29,305 nucleotides of DNA, taken from NCBI GenBank assembly GCA_964484445.1, contig CAZAFY010000001.1, positions 1-29,305 on the forward strand, read 5' to 3'. The stretch comes from an uncultured Eubacteriales bacterium (GTDB taxonomy: Bacteria; Bacillota; JAAYKD01). The notes beneath the pieces were generated by a model. The model saw nothing but the letters and a program-made list of their open reading frames with translations. It ran no database searches and was not told the DNA's origin. How positions within the stretch are numbered: position 1 is the first letter of the stretch; each line of letters starts with the position of its first letter. A program made the translations under genes and the position numbers. Of this stretch, positions 17,577-26,705 are shown piece by piece.

Positions 17577-18494
17577 ATGGATAAGATCATTCAAGTTGAA
17601 CAACTTTATAAAAATTACGGCAACTTACAAGCCGTCAAGGGAATCAGTTTTTACGTGGAGCGGGGTAAACTTTTTGCCTTTTTGGGTCCGAACGGAGCAG
17701 GAAAATCGACCACTATTGATATCCTATGCACTCTTTTAAAACCGGATCAAGGAGAAGTCCTAATCGATGGTATCGCCTTAGGTCAAAATAATGATGCTAT
17801 TCGCAAACAAATTGGTGTCGTCTTCCAAGAAAGCCTCTTAGACCCTCAATTAAGTGTTTTGGAAAACCTCCAAACCAGAGGACGCTTCTATGGTTTACAG
17901 GGAGATACCCTTCAAAAAGCGGTCGACCGGGCACTTTCTATTGTCGAAGCGCATGAATTTGCCAAGCAAGCGTATGGCAATTGTTCCGGAGGTCAACGAC
18001 GTAGGGCTGATATAGCCAGAGCCTTGATCCATACTCCCAAAATTCTTTTCCTTGACGAGCCGACCACCGGCTTAGACCCCAAAACCAAAGAAAACGTGTG
18101 GCAAACCATTGAAAATCTGCAAAAACAAAGTGGTATGACGGTCTTTCTTACAACCCATTATATGGAAGAGGCGGCCAAGGCTGATTATATCGTTCTGCTG
18201 CAAAAAGGGGAAATCGCTGCCAAAGGCACTCCTTACGATCTTCAAGATCGCTATAGCTCCGACACGATGCGCCTCAAAGCCCGACACCCGGGAAAGATCG
18301 AACAAATCTTGGCAGAAAACCAACTCTCTTTTGAGCTCAGAAACGGAATTTACATCGTGCCCTTGACCGATACTCTGCTTGCGATTCCACTGGTTCAAGC
18401 CATGCAAAATGATTTGGAGAGCTTTGAAGTGGTTCATGGCTCCATGGAGGATGTCTTCCTAAACATCATCGGAGGGGAGTGGGAGCATGCTTAA
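17577..18494 (+). CDS. ABC-2 type exporter ATP-binding subunit
   Basis: Walker A GPNGAGKST, signature CSGGQ, Walker B LFLDEPTTGLD, TTHYMEEA. Confidence 0.93.
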   Translation: MDKIIQVEQLYKNYGNLQAVKGISFYVERGKLFAFLGPNGAGKSTTIDILCTLLKPDQGEVLIDGIALGQNNDAIRKQIGVVFQESLLDPQLSVLENLQTRGRFYGLQGDTLQKAVDRALSIVEAHEFAKQAYGNCSGGQRRRADIARALIHTPKILFLDEPTTGLDPKTKENVWQTIENLQKQSGMTVFLTTHYMEEAAKADYIVLLQKGEIAAKGTPYDLQDRYSSDTMRLKARHPGKIEQILAENQLSFELRNGIYIVPLTDTLLAIPLVQAMQNDLESFEVVHGSMEDVFLNIIGGEWEHA

Positions 18495-19338
18495 CTTAGC
18501 CGTTCGAAATCTCAAGATTTTCTTCCGTCAGAAAAGTGCCGTCTTTTTCTCATTATTAGGTGTTTTCATTGTCATGGGTCTGTATCTTCTCTTCCTAGGA
18601 GATGCTTATGTTGGCAACAGCACCTTACCCGGCATGAAATCGCTAATGGACCACTGGCTGATTGCCGGTATCGTTTCCATTACTTCCATAACGACCACGA
18701 TGGGTGCTTTTGAAATCATGGTCATCGATCGAGCCAATCACCGCGACAAAGACTTTTTTGCAGCTCCTATGTCACGAAGGACCATTGCCGGCGGTTATAT
18801 TCTATGTGCCTTTCTCGTAGGTTTAATCATGACCTTAACCTCTTTTGTGTTAGGTGAACTCTACATTTTGACACAAGGGGGACAATTGCTTTCGTTCACA
18901 GCAATTCTGCAAATGCTAGGCGTGATTCTTCTTTCTACCATGATGTCCAGTTCTTTTATTTTCTTCTTGGTTAGCTTTTTCTCCAGCATCAGTGCTTTTT
19001 CTACCGCTTCAACCGTGTTAGGTACCATGGTAGGTTTTCTGACCGGTATTTATGTACCCATTGGCAATATGCCTGCATCGGTGCAATGGTTGATCAAAAG
19101 CTTTCCTGTGGCCCATGCTGGTGCCTTAATGCGTCAGATCATGATGAGAGACGCCACTGCTTTTACTTTTGCCGGTGTCCCTTTGGAACATCTTGCCGGC
19201 TTTGAAGAATTTATCGGTGTCTATTTTGTCTATGGGGAATGGAAGAGCACTCCGGCTCTTCATCTCGCTGTCATGGTTGTTTCAGCAGTTCTCTTCTTTG
19301 TTTTAGCAACTTGGAATGTTTCCAGAAAGTATAAATAA
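18487..19338 (+). CDS. ABC-2 type exporter permease
   Basis: About six hydrophobic segments, GFLTGIYVP motif; overlaps the ATPase stop by 8 nt. Confidence 0.88.
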   Translation: MLNLAVRNLKIFFRQKSAVFFSLLGVFIVMGLYLLFLGDAYVGNSTLPGMKSLMDHWLIAGIVSITSITTTMGAFEIMVIDRANHRDKDFFAAPMSRRTIAGGYILCAFLVGLIMTLTSFVLGELYILTQGGQLLSFTAILQMLGVILLSTMMSSSFIFFLVSFFSSISAFSTASTVLGTMVGFLTGIYVPIGNMPASVQWLIKSFPVAHAGALMRQIMMRDATAFTFAGVPLEHLAGFEEFIGVYFVYGEWKSTPALHLAVMVVSAVLFFVLATWNVSRKYK

Positions 19339-19341
19339 CTC

Positions 19342-20457
19342 TTAGCCTTTTAACAGCTGTTTAAACATATCTACTGCTGTTGGAATGATATCATCGGGGA
19401 AGTCATATTCTTGACTGTGTAAAGGCGGATGCGCTTCGCCATTACCGACATAGAATATGGCTCCTTTGGTTTTCTTGGTAAAATAGCCAAAATCTTCGGA
19501 ACCGCGTGAAGCTTGGGGCAACTCAATACAATTCAAGCCTAACCTTGCTGCAGCATTTCGAACCTTGTCAGCACTTTCGGTGTGATTATAGGTCTCTGGA
19601 AAAACATCGTGTTCTTGCCATTCAAAGGTGAGTTGTTCTTTCTGTGCTTGTTTTATCGCTAAGGCTACGAGCAGTTCTTGCAATGTCTCCATTTCTTCTT
19701 CCTTTTCAGCACGGATCGTCATCAACAACTCTCCTCTGCCGGGTGAAACACCAAACGCTCTTTCTCCCACATCTACATGGACTACAGTGCAAAAAGCCGG
19801 TTTTGCAAACGGATGTTCCTTCAAAAGTATGGGAATGCTACGAATGACTTCAGCAATGGCAAACACCGGATTTCTCCCCAATTCAGGAGTGCTGGCATGG
19901 GTTGTAGCCCCGGTAAAAGTGAAGATCAATCCCTTCGAAGCAAAATGACTTACCCCGTTACGAATCCCAATAGCGTGCTTCGGTAAGCCACTTACATTGT
20001 GAAAAGCAAAGATTTCCTTGATCTTCAAGGCTTCGATCACCTCTGCACAGACCATGGCACCGGCACCGATCTCCTCTGCATGTTGAAAAATAAAGACCAC
20101 TGACCGATCAGCACCCAACTGATCGATTTCCCAAGCAAAAGCAGCTAAGACTGCTGCATGCCCGTCATGACCACACTGATGTGCTACACCGGGATTTATT
20201 GATTTATAGGAGACAGAGGATCGTTCTTCAACAGCTACTGCATCGTAATCCGCACGAAAGGCAATTGTTGGTTTTGCTGATTCCGCATGATACAAAGCAT
20301 AAAACCATGACCCTTGGTCCACCACTTGAAGTTTGGTATGTTCTTTCAAGAAATGAATCAGTCTCTTTTTTGTTTCAACTTCTCTTAAAGAGAGCTCCGG
20401 ATTTTGATGTAATTCCCGACGCAGGCTAACGATTGCTTTCAGATTGTCTTCATTCAT
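19342..20457 (-). CDS. M20D-family amidohydrolase
   Basis: LHQNPELS..E, RADYD, HQCGHDGH, QHAEE, THASTP, SEDF, LH. Confidence 0.9.
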   Translation of the reverse strand: MNEDNLKAIVSLRRELHQNPELSLREVETKKRLIHFLKEHTKLQVVDQGSWFYALYHAESAKPTIAFRADYDAVAVEERSSVSYKSINPGVAHQCGHDGHAAVLAAFAWEIDQLGADRSVVFIFQHAEEIGAGAMVCAEVIEALKIKEIFAFHNVSGLPKHAIGIRNGVSHFASKGLIFTFTGATTHASTPELGRNPVFAIAEVIRSIPILLKEHPFAKPAFCTVVHVDVGERAFGVSPGRGELLMTIRAEKEEEMETLQELLVALAIKQAQKEQLTFEWQEHDVFPETYNHTESADKVRNAAARLGLNCIELPQASRGSEDFGYFTKKTKGAIFYVGNGEAHPPLHSQEYDFPDDIIPTAVDMFKQLLKG

Positions 20458-20530
20458 TGTACCATCTCCTTTGTTTTATTGTATTCTAACTCACCCATTG
20501 AAACCCTTCCAAATTGCGAACACCGTACAT

Positions 20531-20564
20531 AAAAAAAGAAGAAGCCTAATGACTTGCTTCTTCT
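20531..20564 (-). terminator. Terminator of the nad operon
   Basis: AGAAGAAGC/GCTTCTTCT stem with a U7 tail on the minus strand. Confidence 0.75.
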
Positions 20565-20571
20565 TCTATGA

Positions 20572-21417
20572 TCAATAAAGGAAATTCACACTTAAGTCCA
20601 AAGCTTTAACACTGTGGGTCAGTGCTCCTATGGAGATCAGATCGACTCCGGTTTGCGCTACAGCTCGTAAGTCTTTTCTACCCATGTTTCCGGAAGCTTC
20701 TGTTAACGCCCTGCCCTTGATCCAGTCTACTGCCTCTGTCATTTGGTCCAAGCTCATATTATCGAGTAAAAGAATGTCCGCACCTGAATCAATCGCTTCT
20801 TTGACCTGTTCAAAGTTCTCTACTTCTACTTCGATTTTCATTGTGTGAGGACTCTTGATCCGTGCCGAAGTTACCGCTGCGGTGATCCCACCGGCTGCTC
20901 GGATGTGGTTATCTTTGATCAAAATGCCGTCAGCCAAATTAAACCGATGATTAAAACCTCCACCAATGCGCACCGCATATTTTTCAAAAAAGCGCAGACC
21001 CGGGGTTGTTTTTCGAGTATCGATGATTTTGCAGGGTAACCCTTCAATTTGCTTGACTGCAGATTTAGTGGCAGTTGCGACGCCCGACAATCTCTGCAAT
21101 AAGTTTAGGGCAACCCGTTCACCGGTCAGCAAACTACGAGCCGGTCCTTGCAATTCCGCCAAAACTTGTCCCGGTTCCACCGAAGCTCCTTCTTCAACCA
21201 AAAGCTTTACATTAATACTTTCATCGAGGAGGAAGAAAACACGTTTGAACAATGGAAGGCCGCACAAAACCCCTTCGTCTTTGGCTAACAGATGAGCCTG
21301 CACCCAACTGTCATCGGGAACTGTAGTGTTGGTAGTTAAGTCACCCTGGCCAATATCCTCTTGTAAAACTTGCCAGAGAAAGGTATCAATGAATCGATTC
21401 ATCTTTAATGGAGTCAT
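20572..21417 (-). CDS. nadC: Nicotinate-nucleotide pyrophosphorylase (quinolinate phosphoribosyltransferase)
   Basis: EDIG.GDLT, ERVALN, DTRKTTPG, HRFNL.DGILIKDNH, EVEV, LLDN, EASG. Confidence 0.97.
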   Translation of the reverse strand: MTPLKMNRFIDTFLWQVLQEDIGQGDLTTNTTVPDDSWVQAHLLAKDEGVLCGLPLFKRVFFLLDESINVKLLVEEGASVEPGQVLAELQGPARSLLTGERVALNLLQRLSGVATATKSAVKQIEGLPCKIIDTRKTTPGLRFFEKYAVRIGGGFNHRFNLADGILIKDNHIRAAGGITAAVTSARIKSPHTMKIEVEVENFEQVKEAIDSGADILLLDNMSLDQMTEAVDWIKGRALTEASGNMGRKDLRAVAQTGVDLISIGALTHSVKALDLSVNFLY

Positions 21418-21438
21418 ATCTAGTCCTCGTTTCTTCCT

Positions 21439-22353
21439 TTAGCCAAGATTCATCATTCTGGTAACAGAATGGGTAGCCTTTTCCAAAATGTGTTTGTCGA
21501 TTTCAATAATGAAACGATTCTTTTCTAGTGAAGCTTCGATTGAAACCAAAGAGGTGCGTTTCATACTAGGGCAAATCATTCCCGAATGAACCGGGTAAAA
21601 TTCCTTCAAGGGGGATCGATTTTGCATTTGGTGTATAATTCCCATTTCCGTACCAATAATAAACGACTTCGCTTTGGAAGTTCGAGCAAATTCGATCATT
21701 TGTGATGTACTACCAATAAAATCAGCCGCATCACAGATTTCAGGCTTGCATTCAGGATGCACTAAAAACAATGCATTCGGGTGTTCGCTTTTCGCTTCCT
21801 GGACATGATTTAAGGTCACATGATGATGCGTAGGACAAAAACCATTGCTGAAGAAAAACTCTTTATCGGGGCAATGCCGCGCTACATACTGGCCTAAATT
21901 TTGGTCCGGTACAAAGATGATCTTTCTCTCCGATAAAGACCGCACCACTCGAATGGCATTGGCTGAGGTGCAGCAAATATCGCTAACGGCTTTGACCTCG
22001 ATCGAAGAATTCACATAACAAACTACTGCTGCATCGGGATGCGCCACTTTCAATGCAAGCACATCTTTGGCTGTCACCATGTTCGCCATGGGGCAACCGG
22101 CATTAGGATCCGGTATTAAAACTGTTTTATCCGGATTCAAAATCTTGGCTGTCTCTGCCATGAAGCTAACACCGGCAAAAACAATGACGTCCGCCTTTGT
22201 GTCTCGAGCATGTTTGCTAAGTTCTAAGGAGTCACCAACAAAATCAGCAACATCCTGGACTTCCGGTGGTTGGTAGAGATGTGCCAAAATGACTGCATTC
22301 CGTTCTGATTTTATCTTGCGGATGTTTTTGGCGAGGATTCGATTTCGATTCAT
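21439..22353 (-). CDS. nadA: Quinolinate synthase A
   Basis: LAHLYQ, GDSL.L, FMAETAK, three 4Fe-4S Cys (GCPMA, CPTH, CPSMK), HPEC. Confidence 0.96.
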   Translation of the reverse strand: MNRNRILAKNIRKIKSERNAVILAHLYQPPEVQDVADFVGDSLELSKHARDTKADVIVFAGVSFMAETAKILNPDKTVLIPDPNAGCPMANMVTAKDVLALKVAHPDAAVVCYVNSSIEVKAVSDICCTSANAIRVVRSLSERKIIFVPDQNLGQYVARHCPDKEFFFSNGFCPTHHHVTLNHVQEAKSEHPNALFLVHPECKPEICDAADFIGSTSQMIEFARTSKAKSFIIGTEMGIIHQMQNRSPLKEFYPVHSGMICPSMKRTSLVSIEASLEKNRFIIEIDKHILEKATHSVTRMMNLG

Positions 22354-22919
22354 CTGCTCACACGCTCCTCTTGAGAACTCCCAGATTGAGGCGTTTCCAC
22401 CAACAACCCTGCTTTGTGCAATTTACTTTCAATAGTATTCATCGTTTCTTCGTCTGGAGTCTCCACCGTATGCAGGTGATTTCCATTGGTGACAGCTGAG
22501 AGCATTAGGGAACGGCTGGATTTGGCTCTTTCCAACCAAGTATCAACCATGTCGATCGTCGACAGCATTAGGTTGCCTGTGATTTCTCCATAGATTGGAT
22601 GTTCAACCATGACATCACGTACTTTACCGCCGTTTTTGACAATGATCTTCAGCTCTTGCTCGGCTTGGTCTAGGGTTTCATGATAACAATTCAAAACCTT
22701 AATGAATCTCTGTTTTGTTGTTTCTCGAATCAGAAGATATCCCGATGTCGTTGAAACCAAGGGTAATCCTCCTGCTCGCAAGATTGCAATATCTTGCACA
22801 ATCACCTGGCGAGTAACCCCTAACAATTGTGCTAATTCACTTCCGGTTATCGGCTTATCTGAAGTTTGAAGATATTCTGTTATTTTTGATCTCCGCTGAT
22901 TGGCATCCATCATCCTCAT
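22350..22919 (-). CDS. niaR: Niacin-responsive repressor (HTH + 3H domain)
   Basis: GSELA..LGVTRQVIVQDIAILR, HE, VEHPIYG, HLH. Stop overlaps the nadA start (ATGA). Start ATG 22919 (22913 and 22910 also possible). Confidence 0.92.
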   Translation of the reverse strand: MRMMDANQRRSKITEYLQTSDKPITGSELAQLLGVTRQVIVQDIAILRAGGLPLVSTTSGYLLIRETTKQRFIKVLNCYHETLDQAEQELKIIVKNGGKVRDVMVEHPIYGEITGNLMLSTIDMVDTWLERAKSSRSLMLSAVTNGNHLHTVETPDEETMNTIESKLHKAGLLVETPQSGSSQEERVSR

Positions 22920-22946
22920 ATTCCATCCTCTCTTTTTTCTGACTTC

Positions 22947-22975
22947 ATTATAGTCATTGCCACTCCTCTTGTCAA
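22947..22975 (-). promoter_or_regulatory. Perfect-consensus sigma-A promoter of niaR-nadA-nadC
   Basis: TTGACA-17 nt-TATAAT on the minus strand. Confidence 0.9.
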
Positions 22976-22993
22976 CAGATGTATATACAGGTG
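22976..22993. promoter_or_regulatory. NiaR operator candidate
   Basis: Palindrome CAgaTGTATATACAggTG with a TGT-N4-ACA core, abutting the -35. Confidence 0.7.
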
Positions 22994-23051
22994 ACAACTA
23001 AAGCTGAATAACGACAAAATCAGCAAATGAAGGAATATTGTTGAGAAAAAC

Positions 23052-23078
23052 GGAACTAAACAATGGTAGCTAACGTCT
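23052..23078 (+). promoter_or_regulatory. ECF-sigma-type promoter candidate
   Basis: GGAACT-16 nt-CGTCT, 25 nt before ATG 23104. Confidence 0.5.
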
Positions 23079-23103
23079 GTATCTGTAGGAAGGAGAGATT
23101 TAT

Positions 23104-23805
23104 ATGAAAATTAGAAAACGCGTTTGGCTTGTTCTGCTGCTAGTTGTTGTATTTTTAGCTGGCTGTCAACAACAACCAACCCCAAATACACCCGAAGACC
23201 CAGAGGGCCCGGAGGTTCCGGAGTTTGAATACACACTCATGGATGAAACCACCCCCATGGAAGAAGGGTTACCCGGCCTGCTCGATTATGTAAAAGACAT
23301 ACCGGGGTATTTGATCCACACAACCGAAACCACAAATTACCTGATCATCAACATGGGTGAAAAACCTACCGGAGGATTTGCTTTAGAAGTGGACTCGATT
23401 AACCTTGTGGGTGGTGAATTAGGGATCACTCTGAAGGAGATCTCACCCAAGCCCGGTGATGCAGTCACCGAAGCATTGACATATCCGCAACTTGTGCTCC
23501 TCTTTAACGAAGAAGTCACCGCTGCTCGTATTGAGAGTGACCAGGAGACTGTTTATGAAGCCCTTGATATCACTTTGAAAACCGATAGCGGTCGTTACCA
23601 AGGCTTAAGCGAAGATTTTGAACTACAAATCAAAATCAGTGGTGTACCCGACGAAATTCCCGCAAAAGTATTCGCTTTGACCCCCCTCCAAGAGGAGATC
23701 ATTCCGCAAATGAAACTGCTAAAAGACTACGAAGTACTATTCTATTACGTAGAGCGAACAGATGAGCTACCGATCATTGTTGAACTCTCCCCTATGGGGA
23801 AATAG
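23104..23805 (+). CDS. Lipoprotein with PrcB C-terminal-like domain
   Basis: Signal peptide with lipobox FLAG-C21, Pro/Glu linker, MGEKPTGGF...PKPGDAVTEALTYP motif. Confidence 0.75.
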   Translation: MKIRKRVWLVLLLVVVFLAGCQQQPTPNTPEDPEGPEVPEFEYTLMDETTPMEEGLPGLLDYVKDIPGYLIHTTETTNYLIINMGEKPTGGFALEVDSINLVGGELGITLKEISPKPGDAVTEALTYPQLVLLFNEEVTAARIESDQETVYEALDITLKTDSGRYQGLSEDFELQIKISGVPDEIPAKVFALTPLQEEIIPQMKLLKDYEVLFYYVERTDELPIIVELSPMGK

Positions 23806-23808
23806 ACG

Positions 23809-23847
23809 AAAAAAATCCCCTTGCTTGTAAAGCAAGGGGTTTTTTTT
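23809..23847. terminator. Bidirectional terminator
   Basis: A7-TCCCCTTGCTT-GTA-AAGCAAGGGG-T8. Confidence 0.9.
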
Positions 23848-23851
23848 GCGA

Positions 23852-24637
23852 TTAATCGGGTATATGAATCGTTCCTTCTAAATATAGAACCGCTTCTCCG
23901 GAAAGTTTGATTCGTTCTCCCATATTGGCACAGATGATTTTACCGCCTCTCAAGGAACGCTGATACGCTAAAAATTCAGTTTTCCCTAAAACTCTGCTCC
24001 AATAAGGAACCAAACTGCAATGTGCCGAACCGGTTACCGGGTCTTCATCTACACCCATTTTAGGAGCAAAATACCGAGAGACAAAATCTCCTTTATCTCC
24101 TTTAGCGGTTACGATTACCCCATGGGCATCCAGTTTTTTCAGCTCTTGAAAATCCGGCTGAAGTCGCAAGATGTCCTCTTCTTTTTCATAGACCGCCAGA
24201 TAATTATACCCTTTTTGTACTTCTATAGGTCTTTTACCTAATCCCTTGATCAAAGCTTCCGGAGCTGTGCTACGGGTAGTTTCTTTCGGTGGAAACAACA
24301 TGGTCAAGAGTTTACCCTCTTTAAAAACCATAAGGATTCCTCCCTTGGTGAAGAAGGTTATGTTGGAACGTTTGGGTTCAATAAAACTCAAAATCACAAA
24401 AGCGGTCGCCAAGGTTGCGTGCCCGCAAAGCTCTACTTCTCCTTTTGGAGTAAACCATTTTAAATCATAATCGTCTCCTCGACGCACAAAAAAGGCAGTC
24501 TCCGATAAATTGTTTTCTGCAGCGATCTTCTGCATGGTTTCATCGGGTAACCACTGTTCCAAAGGGCATACTGCAGCCGGATTTCCCCGGAACAATTGAT
24601 TGGTGAAAGCGTCGACTTGATAGATAGGAATCTTCAA
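23852..24637 (-). CDS. PhzF/DAP-epimerase-superfamily protein
   Basis: YQVDAF...GNPAAV, NLSETAF, FTP..EV.LCGHATLA, SRYFAP..GVDEDPVTGSAH. TTG start with GGAGG RBS. Confidence 0.92.
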   Translation of the reverse strand: MKIPIYQVDAFTNQLFRGNPAAVCPLEQWLPDETMQKIAAENNLSETAFFVRRGDDYDLKWFTPKGEVELCGHATLATAFVILSFIEPKRSNITFFTKGGILMVFKEGKLLTMLFPPKETTRSTAPEALIKGLGKRPIEVQKGYNYLAVYEKEEDILRLQPDFQELKKLDAHGVIVTAKGDKGDFVSRYFAPKMGVDEDPVTGSAHCSLVPYWSRVLGKTEFLAYQRSLRGGKIICANMGERIKLSGEAVLYLEGTIHIPD

Positions 24638-24708
24638 TCCATTCTCTCCTCCTTTGAAGTTTTTCTATGTATTAGGGTGGATTTTAACCATTGTTGATCT
24701 TACCATAG

Positions 24709-24737
24709 AATTTAGCACTTTTTCCCTTGCGCGTCAA
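24709..24737 (-). promoter_or_regulatory. Sigma-A promoter candidate for the PhzF-like gene
   Basis: TTGACG-17 nt-TAAATT on the minus strand. Confidence 0.5.
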
Positions 24738-24800
24738 TAGATTTTTTCTTCATTAATCCAAATTAATTCGCAATCGTTCAAAAACCCACGATTCTCCGAT

Positions 24801-24830
24801 AAAAAAAGAAGCTACCCTTATTTGGGTAGC
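24801..24830 (-). terminator. Terminator of the five-gene operon
   Basis: GCTACCC/GGGTAGC stem with a U-rich tail on the minus strand, just after the cupin stop. Confidence 0.75.
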
Positions 24831-24842
24831 CTCTGCTTTACC

Positions 24843-25190
24843 TTAAATATCCCCTCTGGGTGGTACGACACAGACAAATTTCAGATTGTCTTTACCAGCG
24901 TTTCTGATCTGGTGGCTAGCATTATCGGGGACAACAATCGAATTACCAAAGCCTATGTTTTCTTCTTTTCCTTCTAAGTCGAGCACCCCTTGACCTTCTA
25001 CCACAAACATATATTGTGGCCAAGGATGTTGATGTTTGGGTGTATAACCGCCCGGTTCGATCTCGAAGAATCGCATCACATAATCCGGCCACCCGTTCCA
25101 GGGACCGATCATGGATTTTTTGTGCACCGCACTGGCTCCGTTGCTGTCATACAGCACCTCTTTAACGTTTTGAATGTGATCTAGGGACAT
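24843..25190 (-). CDS. Cupin_2-domain protein
   Basis: MRFFEIEPGG.TP.HQHPW....V.EG.G and G....VP....H...N cupin motifs. Confidence 0.88.
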   Translation of the reverse strand: MSLDHIQNVKEVLYDSNGASAVHKKSMIGPWNGWPDYVMRFFEIEPGGYTPKHQHPWPQYMFVVEGQGVLDLEGKEENIGFGNSIVVPDNASHQIRNAGKDNLKFVCVVPPRGDI

Positions 25191-25219
25191 ATGCTTTCTC
25201 CTCTCTCTATCTTCTTTTT

Positions 25220-26686
25220 TTAGGATTTCTCATAAGGGTTGGGAATGGCGGTAGCTGAAATATCGTATAAGCCTTCGTATGACTGGAAGGCTTTGATCTT
25301 CTTCTCACCCACCCGATTTTGCAGTTCTTCAAACGCCTTCTCGGCATCTTTTAGAATCTGCTTTTCATCACAAAGCAGCATTTTTCGATTCTCCATCATA
25401 ACTTCACCATCAACAATAACTGTATCAACATCTTGGCCTTGCGCATGATACACTAAACGCTGTACCGGCATGATGCCAAAAGGTGCCAAGTGAGGTTGCT
25501 GGGTATTGACAATGATTACATCTGCTTTTTTGCCTTTTTCTAAAGAACCGATTTGATGATCCAGTCCAAAAGCTTTGGCGACCCGAATACTGCACATCTC
25601 CAAAACGCGTCCCGGAGGAGCTAAGAGGGTGTCATGTTCGTGAGCTCGATGTAGAACCTGGAAAATTTTCATATCGCGCCAAATGTCATAGCTACGATCA
25701 GGCGCTGTTCCGTCTGTAACGATCACGACTTCCCCACCTGCTCTTAAGACTTCATAAACCGGACAGCGATTCTTTATGTTGGCTCTGGTGGTTGGGCCAT
25801 GGAATAAAACGGCACCTGTTTCAGCAAAGATTTCAATCTCTCTCTCGCTTAAACCGGTTGAGTGGGTCAAGGACGTGGTTGGTCCCAAAATCTCCGGCGT
25901 TGTATCATAAACAAATTGTAATCCGCCCCCATAAACATGGGTATGCAAAGGCGTGTTATACTCTTTTGCAATCCGGCTCATGGCACGGTTCTTCCAAATG
26001 GCAAATTCACGGGTATCTCCGGCTACTTCACTAATCCCTAAATTTCCCGGGGCGACCACACAGATCTGTCGTTTGTGTTTTCCGTTCAAGTGTTTGACGC
26101 TGTATTCGGTGTTTTGCACCATTTGCTCGGGTGTAAATACTGTTTCAGTGGGTTTTCCGTTTTTCCAAACCCAGGGATTTTTCGGCCAGGGACCTTCGCA
26201 GGAACCAATGCCTGAAATCTGACGGATCCCCGTTTTCAAAGAACCTTCAAAATGCGCTTCCAAGTTTGGAATATGATCCGGCCTGGGGGTACTGCCAAGC
26301 ATGGAAACACCGGTCGTAATCCCGAATTTTAAGCGTTCTGCTGCTGCTAAAGCTCCTTCCGCATACCAAAAAAACTCATCGGTGTAATGGAAATAGAGAT
26401 CTTCTGCCATGGATCCCCACCAGCCACCGGTTTTGGTATCACTACTTTCAGACATCGTTTTCAACAAGCAATGTCCTGCGTGGCCGTGACCATCGATCAA
26501 CCCAGGCATAACAGCTAATCCGGTTGCATCGATGACTTTCTTCGCTGCAAATTCATTCGGTAAATCAGACATTGGTCCAATTGCAACAATGGTTTCACCC
26601 TGAATCGCTACATAGCCGGGCTGATACACATGATGCTCGGCATCGACGGTAATAACGGTTCCGTTTTTGATCAAAATATCAAACAT
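25220..26686 (-). CDS. Metal-dependent amidohydrolase (MTA/SAH-deaminase / chlorohydrolase-like fold), substrate unknown
   Basis: MPGLIDGHGH, GITT, HTH, TH, TDG, GSLEKGKKAD, VDTVIVDG. Confidence 0.88.
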   Translation of the reverse strand: MFDILIKNGTVITVDAEHHVYQPGYVAIQGETIVAIGPMSDLPNEFAAKKVIDATGLAVMPGLIDGHGHAGHCLLKTMSESSDTKTGGWWGSMAEDLYFHYTDEFFWYAEGALAAAERLKFGITTGVSMLGSTPRPDHIPNLEAHFEGSLKTGIRQISGIGSCEGPWPKNPWVWKNGKPTETVFTPEQMVQNTEYSVKHLNGKHKRQICVVAPGNLGISEVAGDTREFAIWKNRAMSRIAKEYNTPLHTHVYGGGLQFVYDTTPEILGPTTSLTHSTGLSEREIEIFAETGAVLFHGPTTRANIKNRCPVYEVLRAGGEVVIVTDGTAPDRSYDIWRDMKIFQVLHRAHEHDTLLAPPGRVLEMCSIRVAKAFGLDHQIGSLEKGKKADVIIVNTQQPHLAPFGIMPVQRLVYHAQGQDVDTVIVDGEVMMENRKMLLCDEKQILKDAEKAFEELQNRVGEKKIKAFQSYEGLYDISATAIPNPYEKS

Positions 26687-26705
26687 GGGTTCTCACTCCT
26701 TCTAG

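Noticed and set aside
17980-18000. CSGGQ instead of LSGGQ in the ABC signature as a sign of inactivation
   Set aside because: The first signature position varies naturally; SGGQ, Walker A/B and the H-loop are intact.
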